In this document: positions 26,850 to 35,801 of the stretch, one piece after another
Position numbering within the stretch: position 1 is the stretch's first letter
How the letters are laid out: every line of letters starts with the position of its first letter
Origin: a virus
Lineage: Duplodnaviria; Caudoviricetes
IMG/VR virus record: IMGVR_UViG_3300048839_001124
Span: 1-58,385 of that record
Direction: 5' to 3' (one strand)
DNA length: 58,385 bases
Translations under genes and position numbers: made by a program
Notes under the pieces: model-generated
Told to the model about the DNA's origin: nothing
The model's database searches: none
The model's input: the letters and a program-made list of their open reading frames with translations, nothing else

Positions 26850-29800
26850 TAGTCAAGCTCCCTGACTGATAAAATTCTATTATTGGCAACAAGCCCTGTG
26901 GCTGCACTTACACGCCAATATACGTCTATTTTATGATATCCTGGACTAACTTGAAGTCTATATAAAATTGTAAAACTTGCTGAAGCTACAGCTGAACCAG
27001 TATAAGCACTAGCCACTGGAGTTACCATTTTGCCATCTACATATATGAAAAATTCATTACCATTTCCAGTTGTATTATTATTATGTTGACCTGATGTTGA
27101 TAATTCTATTATACTTTTAGTAGTTTTAATTGTCAAACTTAATTCTGATAATGGTACAGCTGTAGTTGAAGTAGTAGATGTATTTCCTGATATACCTACA
27201 GCATTGCCCAAAACATTAGGCTGATTTACATCTTTCTTACTGAACTTTCTAAAATCAGCTACACCTTGAGAGCCAACAGCTAAGGTGTTTTGTAATACAA
27301 ATGGGCCATTGTCTTGATGAGAGTGTATTGGAGTGATAATATCTAAACATTCATTTTCAATTTTTAAATTAGCTGTTCCATTGTTAAATCTGATTGTATG
27401 CTTTCCAAGAGCTAATCCAGTTACAACAAAGCCGCAACCAGGAGTAACAGATACAGTTGCCTGTTGATCTAAAATACCAGTTGCTGAAGTAAAAGTGATA
27501 CCGCCGCCATAAACAGTAGCTGCTGCTGCTTGAGATGGATAATTAGTTGTGTTAAAAGTTAATCCATCAACAGTAACAGTAATATTATTAGAAGAGTTAG
27601 TGTCACCCATAAATCTAAAATCAAAACCTGTTCCATAAAAAGTATATTCAATATAAGCATTAAGTCTATTGCTAGAAATTTCAAATCCACAAATATTGTT
27701 TGCAGGCGTTACTCCAGGAATGCTCCAATCTACTGTTCCACCAGTACCATTTACATAAGTAAATTCTCTGGTTGCAAACTTTCTCAGCGTTCCAGTTGAA
27801 ATAGTACTTATTCCAGCAGTAGAATTTGGTGCAAAGTTAGCCAAAATATTATATGCGCCAATCTCTACCGCTCCATTTGGAAGAGTAGGAGTCTTTGGCT
27901 GATAAACTATAAATTTAGTAAAATAAAAAGATCCACTAGTATATGCAGATAATGTTAACCTTAATGTATGTGTTCCATACGGAAGACCAGAAGCTATTTT
28001 AGTATTTGCAATACCAGTAGGTGTTAAGTTAGTTATTGTAGCAGGCGTTGAACCATCAATAGAATATTGCACAGTACCCACTAAAGCTGAACCACTAGTT
28101 TCTATATCTATGCCAGTTCCAACAAAAGTAAATGTTATAGTTTGTGGTACTACTCCAGCCCAACCTACTCCTTCTATTCCATTTAGTGAATTTATAATCG
28201 AGCTGGTGGCTATTAAAGTAGTACTTCCATCATCTAAGGTAAAAACTGGTGTTGTAGGGGTACTTCCAAATCTACTAAAATCATCTGCTCTACCAGCTCC
28301 AAATTCTCTTGGAAAATATATTCTAGCTATTTCTTCATTTGAGTGATTAGCAGAAGCTAAATTTAGTTGAGAAGCATCTGTCGGCGTAACAGCTTTAGCT
28401 ACTGAACCATCAGCTTTTTGATAAACTAAAACTCTTCCACCACGAGTGCCAAGAGTGCCTGTTTCAAAGCCAGAATTATAAGCAGTAGTTTCTAAAATAG
28501 TATGAGTGCGCTTTTTGCCTTTATAAAGCTGAGCGCCTGGAGGTAATTGAATAAGTCCTGAAGTATTTTCATTTAGAACTTCAAAACCATAGATATTTAT
28601 TCCACCAGTTACATTATCATTTCTAATTTTAATTGTATGAATACCTAAAGTTAAACCAGACGCTACAGGTATAATATTATTAGGATTGTAATTTCTAACA
28701 TTTAGAACAACACTAGCTGTTGCTCCAGGCAATAGATTTGCTGAATCTGCTCCTCCATCAACGTTAGCTATATTTGATCTAACATCATTACCTAAAGCAG
28801 TTATAAAATTCAAGCCAGTACCATAAAAAGTTATTTCTACGTAAGCACCTACAGTAGTTGACAGTGGCCTAACTCCTGTTGTATCACTACTATTAATCCA
28901 ATTACCAACAAATCTAATTTGATTAAATTTATCATTTACTGCGCCAAAAACCTGTTCACCATTTGGCCCAAATTCATCTTGAAGCTGGTAAATCTGCTGA
29001 GTCATAATTCGATCAACTGCAAAGCGAGGCTTTAAATCTTGGCTTAGATCAGGAATTTGTGCTCGATTTTGAATTGCAGTGTTTGGTACTACAATCTTAG
29101 GCAAAATCATTGAGTCAGAAATTGAAGCTAACTCATCACCAATGTCAATCAAGTTAGATTGAATTTCAGAAATGGCTGCTGCGTTAGAGTCTGAATTGTC
29201 AATGACAGAAGCTTTAGTTTGTCTAAAGATAAGAACTATGTCTTCACCTGGAAAGTCAAAAGTGTCAGGCTCAAACTTAACTGTCTGGCCTTCAATACGA
29301 GCAACACCCTCTTCAATCGCATACATTTGACCACGATAAGGGTCAAGAATATCAAGCAATTCAGGGTCTGGAGTAAACGTCAACAAAAAGTCTGTCTTAT
29401 TCTCGTCGCCTGTGAAGTAGAATTTTTGGAAACGCTTTTCACCTGTAACTGAAGTTACACCGTTAGTTAAGCCGTAGTATAATCCATAACCTTCAGCGTG
29501 AGCCAAAGCTACGCTAGAAGTTACTCGAATAATTAAGTCATGTGCGCGACCGGAAACTACAGCCGCTTTAGTTGAAGCTGCTCCAGTCCAAACTGAACCA
29601 TCAAAAGTAGCGCCATTAGTTCCTGCGCCGTTTCTCCAAGATAAGTCTAATGTGCCAGCTTTATATCCAGCATCAGTAACCAAAACTAAGTGGTATGTTC
29701 CAGCAGTCAGAACTACGTCTGGAAGATCAAAGGTAACTGTTATGTCGCCTGTTCCACCTAAAGAAGCGGCTGAAATAATTTTAGCATCAGACTCAGAAAG

Positions 29801-32800
29801 AATATCTGCTACTGCTGTGCTTGGTACGCCTGCGTTATTTTTAACTAAACGCAAAGTAACTAAGCCAGTACCTACTCCACCATAATTCAAATTCAAGTCA
29901 ACAGTCTTGACTACAGAAGTAGTTGACAATGCTAATTGAGAAGAAAGTTCTTGTTGAGTAGTAGCATTAAGGGCTTGTCCAGCGCCTGAAGCTGCAACAG
30001 TTTGAAGAGCTTGGTTAGATACTTCTTCAGAGAATACATGGTACCCTCTAAAAGCATTTAAACCAATTTGCTCCATAGTCATTGTTTGCCAGTTTGTTCC
30101 ACCGTCACGAGAAATCTCGTAAGTAGCAGCTGCGTCAACAAAGCCAGTTAAGTAGTTTAAATATAGTTCGGCTTCAGTAATGTCTACGCCTTCATCTAAG
30201 AAAGACTGATCTAAGACATCTTGAGAAACCATTGTTTGGCCAATAGCAGTCCAAGCGAAAGTTCGCTTAGCTGGGCTATAAGCTCCAGTAGAAACAACGT
30301 CAATTTTGGTGGCTTTGTCGCGTCTAAAAATATTTTGGTCCATTAACTCAAAAGAGTTAACTGCAAAACGGTCTCTCAAAAGAGTATCTAAAGAAGATGC
30401 GTCTCCTGAACCGCCGCCTGAACCTGAACCAACTCCGAGCCTACGAGTTTGAACAACAGTGATTGTTCCAGCAATGTTTTGTACTTGGATTGCTCCAAGC
30501 TTAATGTCTCCTGTAATAACTGGTAGTGGAGCAGAAGCTTGAACAGCGTTAGCTGAATCACCAAAATCGATTTGAACTTGTGCTTCTTGGCGATTGTCAG
30601 CCAGTACGTTTCCTGGAATGAGAGATACACCGTACCAGTAATAGTGACCAACAGGAATAGTAAAAGGAGTAAAGTTAATGCCTAAAGCTGTTACGTCATC
30701 TTCTTTTAAGATAGCTCCAGTAGAGAAGTTAATTACTGCGCCTGTAAAGCTAAGGATGAATTCACCAACAACTTGGCTAAGAATATCTTGATCTAGTTGA
30801 GTAAAGTCTGCGCCAAGAATAGTTGCTTTGCTTACGTTAGAAGCGTGTTTATGTAATTTAAGTTGAGTAAGTCTGCGATTAATTTCTGCTAAAGCTCCAT
30901 CAAGCTCAAGATATTCTCCAGGCTTAATTAAGAAGCTCTTCATACCTACAGTTACGCCTGTAGACACTCTGCGAGCAATAATAACTGTATTGTCTGTAGC
31001 TACTACTGCGTCAACGTCAGCAACGTTAACTGTTAAGTTTGTTGCTACGCCTGCTGTGCGAACTAGCTCTACGTATGCTACGCTAGAAGCGTTTGGAAGC
31101 ATGATAGTCTGAGCTAAAATAGTATTTCGAACGTTAGTTAAACCAGGAATTTGAACGTATGCGTTAGCGCTAAGAGTTAACTCATAAGTGCCAGCATTAT
31201 CAACTAAACTCCACGTTCCACCTTCAATAACTTTTGAAGATCGATCTTGTCTGTCAGCAGCAGCAAAAGCTCCAGCAGCTGCATCTAAATCAGAAATAGC
31301 TGTAGTTAGTGGGTCGCCATCAGTAACATAATTGTTTGAAGCAAATTGTGGACTATTATCGGCCTCAGAAGTCGAACCAATAAACTGTAAAAGCTCTAAA
31401 GAAGTATTGTCAGAAACTTGTTGGCTTTCACCTTGCTCTAACTCGCCTGATTTAAAGCGAGTATAGATTTTTGGTACTGAGCCGCCGTTATCATCTCGGA
31501 AATAAAACCAATACATGTCAGCAGTAATTGGTGTTTCTTCTCTTAAAGCAAAGCGTAAATGTCTATCAGTTGATGGAGCACCAACAACGTTATATACGCC
31601 AAAAGCGTATTTAGCATTAATACCAGAAGGGCCAGTAGAAGCTCCAGCGTATGGAGTAGTTAAAGTAACTTGAGAAGCAGAATCTACTGAAAGAATTTCG
31701 TAATAACCTTCGTCACCTATACCGTCAATTTTAATATAGTCACCAGCGACTAAATCAACTGTCCAAGCTATTGCTCCAACAGAGTTAACTATGGCTGAAC
31801 CATTAGTAAAAATAAGGGCTGGAATAACAACTTGATCACGAACTAAATTGATGTAAGCTACTTGACCATCAGCTAAAGTAACGTCTGTTCCAGCAGCATA
31901 AGCAGAAATAGTATAAGTTAAGCGACTTCCAATAACTCTATTTCTAAGAGGAAAGTCCCAATTAAGTTTACCAGGAACTAGATCATCGTGGACTATTGTT
32001 GCGCGACCAGTAACTACTGTATTAACGCCGTCAGAACGAATACCAGAGATTGAACCTCCAGTACCTAACGAATACCAATAAATTCCACCTGTAATCTCTT
32101 GAATGATGGACATAACAGCGTCCATCCATTCTTTTTGAGATTTAATCTGTTTGTCTCCACCATGAAAAGGGTTTTGACTAGAAGTTGATGTAGGTGGGTT
32201 TTCAGTTCGGCCTTCTGGCTGATTAGTCCAAGGATAAGCGTAGCTTGGATTTGGTGCTGAAAAACCAGCAGTACCAAGTCTGAATAACATTGGTCTGCGA
32301 TCAGTAATAGAAGTTACGTTGTTTGCTGCGTCCGTTTGAACAATAGCCAAAGGCAGAGTGTCAGCAGCAAAACCAGTAGTCGTGACTTTAAAAATATAAG
32401 TCATTAACTGAGCTACTGGAAGAACCTTAGACGTTTCGATCTTATTGGTTGGATCCCATATAGCTCTTGGAGCTTGAGTAGAAGCGTCTGCTGCTCGATT
32501 AAAATCAATGCTTACATAGTTAGTAGAAGATGGAGCAAAAGAACCAATAACTTTATTATTAATAGTTGAGCTAAGAATTTCTACTGGAGTACCAGCAGCT
32601 ACTTTAAAAATAGTACCAGAAACTAAACTCGTAGTATGTAAAATAGCAGAGTCAGAAACTATGACAGATAGACCATTGGCTGAGTTACCAACCGCGCCAA
32701 CCATATTGAGTTCAAAGCCACGAATTACGTAACCAAGGTTTTCACCTGTAACTAAGGCTTCGACTGCTTCATCAAAATCAGATCGAACTGCACTCTCAAT

Positions 32801-32866
32801 AGAGCGCATGTCGCTAACATCAACTCTTAGCTGACTAACCCAATGACCTGAACGTCTAATTGCCAT
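26849..32866 (-). CDS. Large tail fibre/baseplate-attached receptor-binding protein (2005 aa)
   Basis: Beta-rich protein; baseplate-anchor-like N-terminus (GYVIRGFEL...LPLAIV); C-terminal three-repeat cassette; CAGGAG RBS. Confidence 0.7.
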   Translation of the reverse strand: MAIRRSGHWVSQLRVDVSDMRSIESAVRSDFDEAVEALVTGENLGYVIRGFELNMVGAVGNSANGLSVIVSDSAILHTTSLVSGTIFKVAAGTPVEILSSTINNKVIGSFAPSSTNYVSIDFNRAADASTQAPRAIWDPTNKIETSKVLPVAQLMTYIFKVTTTGFAADTLPLAIVQTDAANNVTSITDRRPMLFRLGTAGFSAPNPSYAYPWTNQPEGRTENPPTSTSSQNPFHGGDKQIKSQKEWMDAVMSIIQEITGGIYWYSLGTGGSISGIRSDGVNTVVTGRATIVHDDLVPGKLNWDFPLRNRVIGSRLTYTISAYAAGTDVTLADGQVAYINLVRDQVVIPALIFTNGSAIVNSVGAIAWTVDLVAGDYIKIDGIGDEGYYEILSVDSASQVTLTTPYAGASTGPSGINAKYAFGVYNVVGAPSTDRHLRFALREETPITADMYWFYFRDDNGGSVPKIYTRFKSGELEQGESQQVSDNTSLELLQFIGSTSEADNSPQFASNNYVTDGDPLTTAISDLDAAAGAFAAADRQDRSSKVIEGGTWSLVDNAGTYELTLSANAYVQIPGLTNVRNTILAQTIMLPNASSVAYVELVRTAGVATNLTVNVADVDAVVATDNTVIIARRVSTGVTVGMKSFLIKPGEYLELDGALAEINRRLTQLKLHKHASNVSKATILGADFTQLDQDILSQVVGEFILSFTGAVINFSTGAILKEDDVTALGINFTPFTIPVGHYYWYGVSLIPGNVLADNRQEAQVQIDFGDSANAVQASAPLPVITGDIKLGAIQVQNIAGTITVVQTRRLGVGSGSGGGSGDASSLDTLLRDRFAVNSFELMDQNIFRRDKATKIDVVSTGAYSPAKRTFAWTAIGQTMVSQDVLDQSFLDEGVDITEAELYLNYLTGFVDAAATYEISRDGGTNWQTMTMEQIGLNAFRGYHVFSEEVSNQALQTVAASGAGQALNATTQQELSSQLALSTTSVVKTVDLNLNYGGVGTGLVTLRLVKNNAGVPSTAVADILSESDAKIISAASLGGTGDITVTFDLPDVVLTAGTYHLVLVTDAGYKAGTLDLSWRNGAGTNGATFDGSVWTGAASTKAAVVSGRAHDLIIRVTSSVALAHAEGYGLYYGLTNGVTSVTGEKRFQKFYFTGDENKTDFLLTFTPDPELLDILDPYRGQMYAIEEGVARIEGQTVKFEPDTFDFPGEDIVLIFRQTKASVIDNSDSNAAAISEIQSNLIDIGDELASISDSMILPKIVVPNTAIQNRAQIPDLSQDLKPRFAVDRIMTQQIYQLQDEFGPNGEQVFGAVNDKFNQIRFVGNWINSSDTTGVRPLSTTVGAYVEITFYGTGLNFITALGNDVRSNIANVDGGADSANLLPGATASVVLNVRNYNPNNIIPVASGLTLGIHTIKIRNDNVTGGINIYGFEVLNENTSGLIQLPPGAQLYKGKKRTHTILETTAYNSGFETGTLGTRGGRVLVYQKADGSVAKAVTPTDASQLNLASANHSNEEIARIYFPREFGAGRADDFSRFGSTPTTPVFTLDDGSTTLIATSSIINSLNGIEGVGWAGVVPQTITFTFVGTGIDIETSGSALVGTVQYSIDGSTPATITNLTPTGIANTKIASGLPYGTHTLRLTLSAYTSGSFYFTKFIVYQPKTPTLPNGAVEIGAYNILANFAPNSTAGISTISTGTLRKFATREFTYVNGTGGTVDWSIPGVTPANNICGFEISSNRLNAYIEYTFYGTGFDFRFMGDTNSSNNITVTVDGLTFNTTNYPSQAAAATVYGGGITFTSATGILDQQATVSVTPGCGFVVTGLALGKHTIRFNNGTANLKIENECLDIITPIHSHQDNGPFVLQNTLAVGSQGVADFRKFSKKDVNQPNVLGNAVGISGNTSTTSTTAVPLSELSLTIKTTKSIIELSTSGQHNNNTTGNGNEFFIYVDGKMVTPVASAYTGSAVASASFTILYRLQVSPGYHKIDVYWRVSAATGLVANNRILSVRELD

Positions 32867-32884
32867 TACTTACTCCTGAATCCA

Positions 32885-32926
32885 TATTTAAAAGATTTGG
32901 TCTTGGCAGATTTCTTTATATCGTGT
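32885..32926 (-). promoter_or_regulatory. Putative late promoter (ACACGATAT...GCC-N7-AATCTTTTAAATA)
   Basis: Motif shared with 43975-44016, 47308-47319, 50783-50793 and 56922-56962. Confidence 0.55.
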
Positions 32927-32946
32927 TAATTCATATATTTATTTTT

Positions 32947-32985
32947 AAAATTTTTTACCCTATTTTGGTAAAATCGATATATACT
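32947..32985 (+). promoter_or_regulatory. Early promoter driving the + strand island
   Basis: AAAATTTTTTACCCTATTTTGGTAAAAT...TATACT followed by AGGAGG RBS; close match to the 13510 element. Confidence 0.55.
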
Positions 32986-33001
32986 AAAAGTAGGAGGTTT
33001 T

Positions 33002-33262
33002 ATGAAAAAACTAGCAATTTTACTATTTCTTGTATCTTTTCAAGCATTTGGATATAATACGGATAAGGTTGACATTGATATTATTCAAGCTGAAAAAGGT
33101 AAGGTGTTTGGTAAACAAACTATGATAGTTTATTATGGAAAATGCCAAAGTGAAAGAACTTTTGAATGGGCTGAAATGCAAGCTTACAATGAAGGTAAGC
33201 CTAGTACTATTAAAGACTGGGTTTTTGAGTCTATTGATCAAATGAGCGAAAAATGCGACTAA
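33002..33262 (+). CDS. Small secreted protein
   Basis: Signal peptide MKKLAILLFLVSFQAFG; AGGAGG RBS; two Cys. Confidence 0.65.
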   Translation: MKKLAILLFLVSFQAFGYNTDKVDIDIIQAEKGKVFGKQTMIVYYGKCQSERTFEWAEMQAYNEGKPSTIKDWVFESIDQMSEKCD

Positions 33263-33456
33263 AAGTAGGCGATTTAATAGAGCACGATGGCATAAGAGGC
33301 CATGTTCAGTCTATAGTTAATAAAGAAGCTATAGTTTGGACAAGAAATGGTCACTTACAAATCTTTAATATATACGGCAAGTACGTTAGGACGCATACAA
33401 AGCGAGGCATTTCTGGGAAAGTCAGGCAGAATAAACAAGGGCGACAAGGAATATGA
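33253..33456 (+). CDS. Small hypothetical protein (SH3/KOW-like start)
   Basis: MRLKVGDLI...GHV pattern; 3' part overlaps the next ORF. Confidence 0.4.
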   Translation: MRLKVGDLIEHDGIRGHVQSIVNKEAIVWTRNGHLQIFNIYGKYVRTHTKRGISGKVRQNKQGRQGI

Positions 33457-33829
33457 TGAATTACAAAGGGCTAGGCATGAAAACCAAAGGCTTAAGAAAG
33501 AAATCAGCGCTCTTAGAAAGCAATTAGCTAGAATAGATTTTACTCGTTTTCAGAATTTAAGAGAATTAGTAAATAAGCAGCAAAAAGAAGAAGTACAAGA
33601 GCGTAAAGAGCAAAGCCTTGAAAAGCTTAAGAAAAAATGGATGTGTCGAGAATGTGGAAAAGACTATTTACGATTAATGATATACGAGCATCCGATAAAA
33701 GGTATATGTTACTATAGAAAATGTGTCACTCCAATGTGTGGGCACAGAACTGCTATGAAACCCTATACTCCAGAAGTAACTGGTATTACTGAGTCTGGAG
33801 AAGTAAAGGATGGAAAAGATGAAACTTAA
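33347..33829 (+). CDS. Coiled-coil plus zinc-ribbon protein (start uncertain)
   Basis: ENQRLKKEISALRKQL coiled coil; CRECG...KCVTPMCGHR. Confidence 0.6.
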   Translation: MVTYKSLIYTASTLGRIQSEAFLGKSGRINKGDKEYDELQRARHENQRLKKEISALRKQLARIDFTRFQNLRELVNKQQKEEVQERKEQSLEKLKKKWMCRECGKDYLRLMIYEHPIKGICYYRKCVTPMCGHRTAMKPYTPEVTGITESGEVKDGKDET

Positions 33830-34067
33830 GCAAGGTGACCCATTAGTAGTAGATAATAAGATGTATTACTTTCAGACTATTCTTCAGGATGGCTCAGTAG
33901 TCATGCTTTCTGAAGATGGGAAGCTCCATTCAGCCAATATGTATACTGTACAAGTAGTCAAAAGAGACCAAAAAGAAAATATCCTTAGAGAGTTTGTTGG
34001 CTACGCCGCCGAAAATCAGGTTGCTCCAACAGACTTAGTTAATTTAGCCTTGAAAGAGTTGCAGTGA
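33810..34067 (+). CDS. Hypothetical protein
   Basis: ORF track; coupled to neighbouring genes. Confidence 0.55.
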   Translation: MEKMKLKQGDPLVVDNKMYYFQTILQDGSVVMLSEDGKLHSANMYTVQVVKRDQKENILREFVGYAAENQVAPTDLVNLALKELQ

Positions 34068-35404
34068 ACAAAAAGTATATTTTTGTATACAAAACCACAA
34101 ATTTAAAATCTAATAGGTTTTATATTGGTGTTCACGAAACTAATAATTTAGAGGACGGTTATTTAGGTAGTGGCGTTATTCTTGAAAGGGCAATTAAAAA
34201 GCATGGAAAAGAAAACTTTAAAAGAGAAATTTTAAGCTTTTTTAATACAAAAGAAGAAGCTTATAAACATGAAGCTCTTTTAATTACTCCTGAACTTGTT
34301 AAAAGTGGCGACTGTTACAATATAGCCCTTGGTGGAGCAGGCGGATATACCATTGCAGGCTATTCTGAAGAAGAAAAAATAATTCATGAACGAAAAAGAA
34401 ATAAGGCCTTTAAAGATAGTGGGGCAAATCAAGGCACTAGAAATTTCATGTATGGAAAAAGCCCAAAAGAAGTTTATTCTCCAGAAGTTTATGAGCAATG
34501 GAGATTAAAAAATATAGAAAATAAAAAAGGTGAATTAAATGGTATGTATGGCATCGCACCTTGGCTTCATCCATCTGTTAATGAAAGAACCCAAAATATT
34601 TGGTCAAACGCTGATGTGCTTTATAATATTTGGAAAAATAATAAAGTTAAAGGACATAAATTAGCATCATTAAATAATGATGAATATAATTCTTGTTACA
34701 GTAGAATTGCAGCTAAATTTTTTGAAGATTGGATACCACAAAACGACAGTGAATGGATTAATTTTAAAAGAAAAATAGAAGGCAAAATTCCAATCTTTTT
34801 TACTTCCGATCTTCATTTATTTCACGAAAATGTAATTAAATATAGTAATCGGCCCTTTAAAAATTGTGAAGAAATGCATGAATCTCTCATAAAAAGATGG
34901 AACGCTACAGTTCCCAGTTACGGAATAGTTTATGTACTTGGAGATGTTGGGTTTGCTAAAGGTGATTTAATTAAATCAGTGCTTTCTAGAATGAATGGTA
35001 CTAAAATTTTAATTTTAGGAAATCACGATGGCTCAGTAGGAAAAATGTACGATTCTGGATTTACTTTAGTATTAAATGGAACAACATTATATTTAGGCAA
35101 TCATAGATTAGAACTAACACATTGTCCACCCAGAGGTGTGTGGAGAGAAAATACTGCTGGTATGCGCGGTAGTGATGGTACAGAAAATTGGCATGGCGAA
35201 AGACGACATCATAAATTTTCTAAGCAGTATGACCCCAATAGTTTTTGGCTGCATGGCCACACTCACAAAAAACCAACAGAAAGAACCTTAAACAGAATGT
35301 TTGATGTTGGTATAGATGCTAATCATTATACACCTGTTAGTATGGGCACTATAGAATCTTGGATAGCTTTGATGTCTAAATCTAACGGTCAGAAGCCTGA
35401 ATAG
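34064..35404 (+). CDS. Fusion of a Seg-like GIY-YIG endonuclease and a calcineurin-like metallophosphoesterase
   Basis: N-terminal VYKTTN...FYIGVH, YLGSG, FKREIL, YNIALGG; C-terminal TSDLH, LGD, GNHD, THCP, HGHTH, DVGID. Confidence 0.85.
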   Translation: MNKKYIFVYKTTNLKSNRFYIGVHETNNLEDGYLGSGVILERAIKKHGKENFKREILSFFNTKEEAYKHEALLITPELVKSGDCYNIALGGAGGYTIAGYSEEEKIIHERKRNKAFKDSGANQGTRNFMYGKSPKEVYSPEVYEQWRLKNIENKKGELNGMYGIAPWLHPSVNERTQNIWSNADVLYNIWKNNKVKGHKLASLNNDEYNSCYSRIAAKFFEDWIPQNDSEWINFKRKIEGKIPIFFTSDLHLFHENVIKYSNRPFKNCEEMHESLIKRWNATVPSYGIVYVLGDVGFAKGDLIKSVLSRMNGTKILILGNHDGSVGKMYDSGFTLVLNGTTLYLGNHRLELTHCPPRGVWRENTAGMRGSDGTENWHGERRHHKFSKQYDPNSFWLHGHTHKKPTERTLNRMFDVGIDANHYTPVSMGTIESWIALMSKSNGQKPE

Positions 35405-35801
35405 CTACTATACCTTTAAAAGAGAAGCTTAATTTCCATGTCCCCTTTGTAGCGACTTGGTTCTGCTCATTAGTGATTTTTGCTTGCTGAATAAAGAGAA
35501 TATCTTCTCCAGTAGACCTATCTCTAATGCGTATAGATACATAAGTGCCTGATAAAGGACTGTCAGCCCTAGGTCTCAAACCAAGAGCCACTAAGCCGCC
35601 TGAGTTTCTCACTCTGAGGCCAGAAATTGAGCCGCTAACCGAGCCCCTGACAGGAGAAATCTCTTGAGGATAAAAAGCATCTACGCCGTAAATCTCGGCG
35701 TCTTGGCTGTCAATAGTGTATGACACAGACTGGGCTGGGCCATACAATTTGTTGTTTAGGTAAATAAAGATGTCTGCGCCTCTTAAAACAGAATTAGCCA
35801 T
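35382..35801 (-). CDS. Tail tube-like/baseplate tube-initiator protein
   Basis: QSVSYTID...IYGVD...PQEI...SVSGSISGLR tube-fold pattern; in the baseplate cluster. Confidence 0.55.
   Translation of the reverse strand: MANSVLRGADIFIYLNNKLYGPAQSVSYTIDSQDAEIYGVDAFYPQEISPVRGSVSGSISGLRVRNSGGLVALGLRPRADSPLSGTYVSIRIRDRSTGEDILFIQQAKITNEQNQVATKGTWKLSFSFKGIVAIQASDR

Noticed and set aside
20172-32866. Diversity-generating retroelement or invertase shufflon acting on the fibre genes
   Set aside because: No reverse transcriptase or site-specific recombinase in the window, no near-identical TR/VR pair differing at adenines, and no inverted cassettes seen; a remote DGR elsewhere in the genome cannot be excluded
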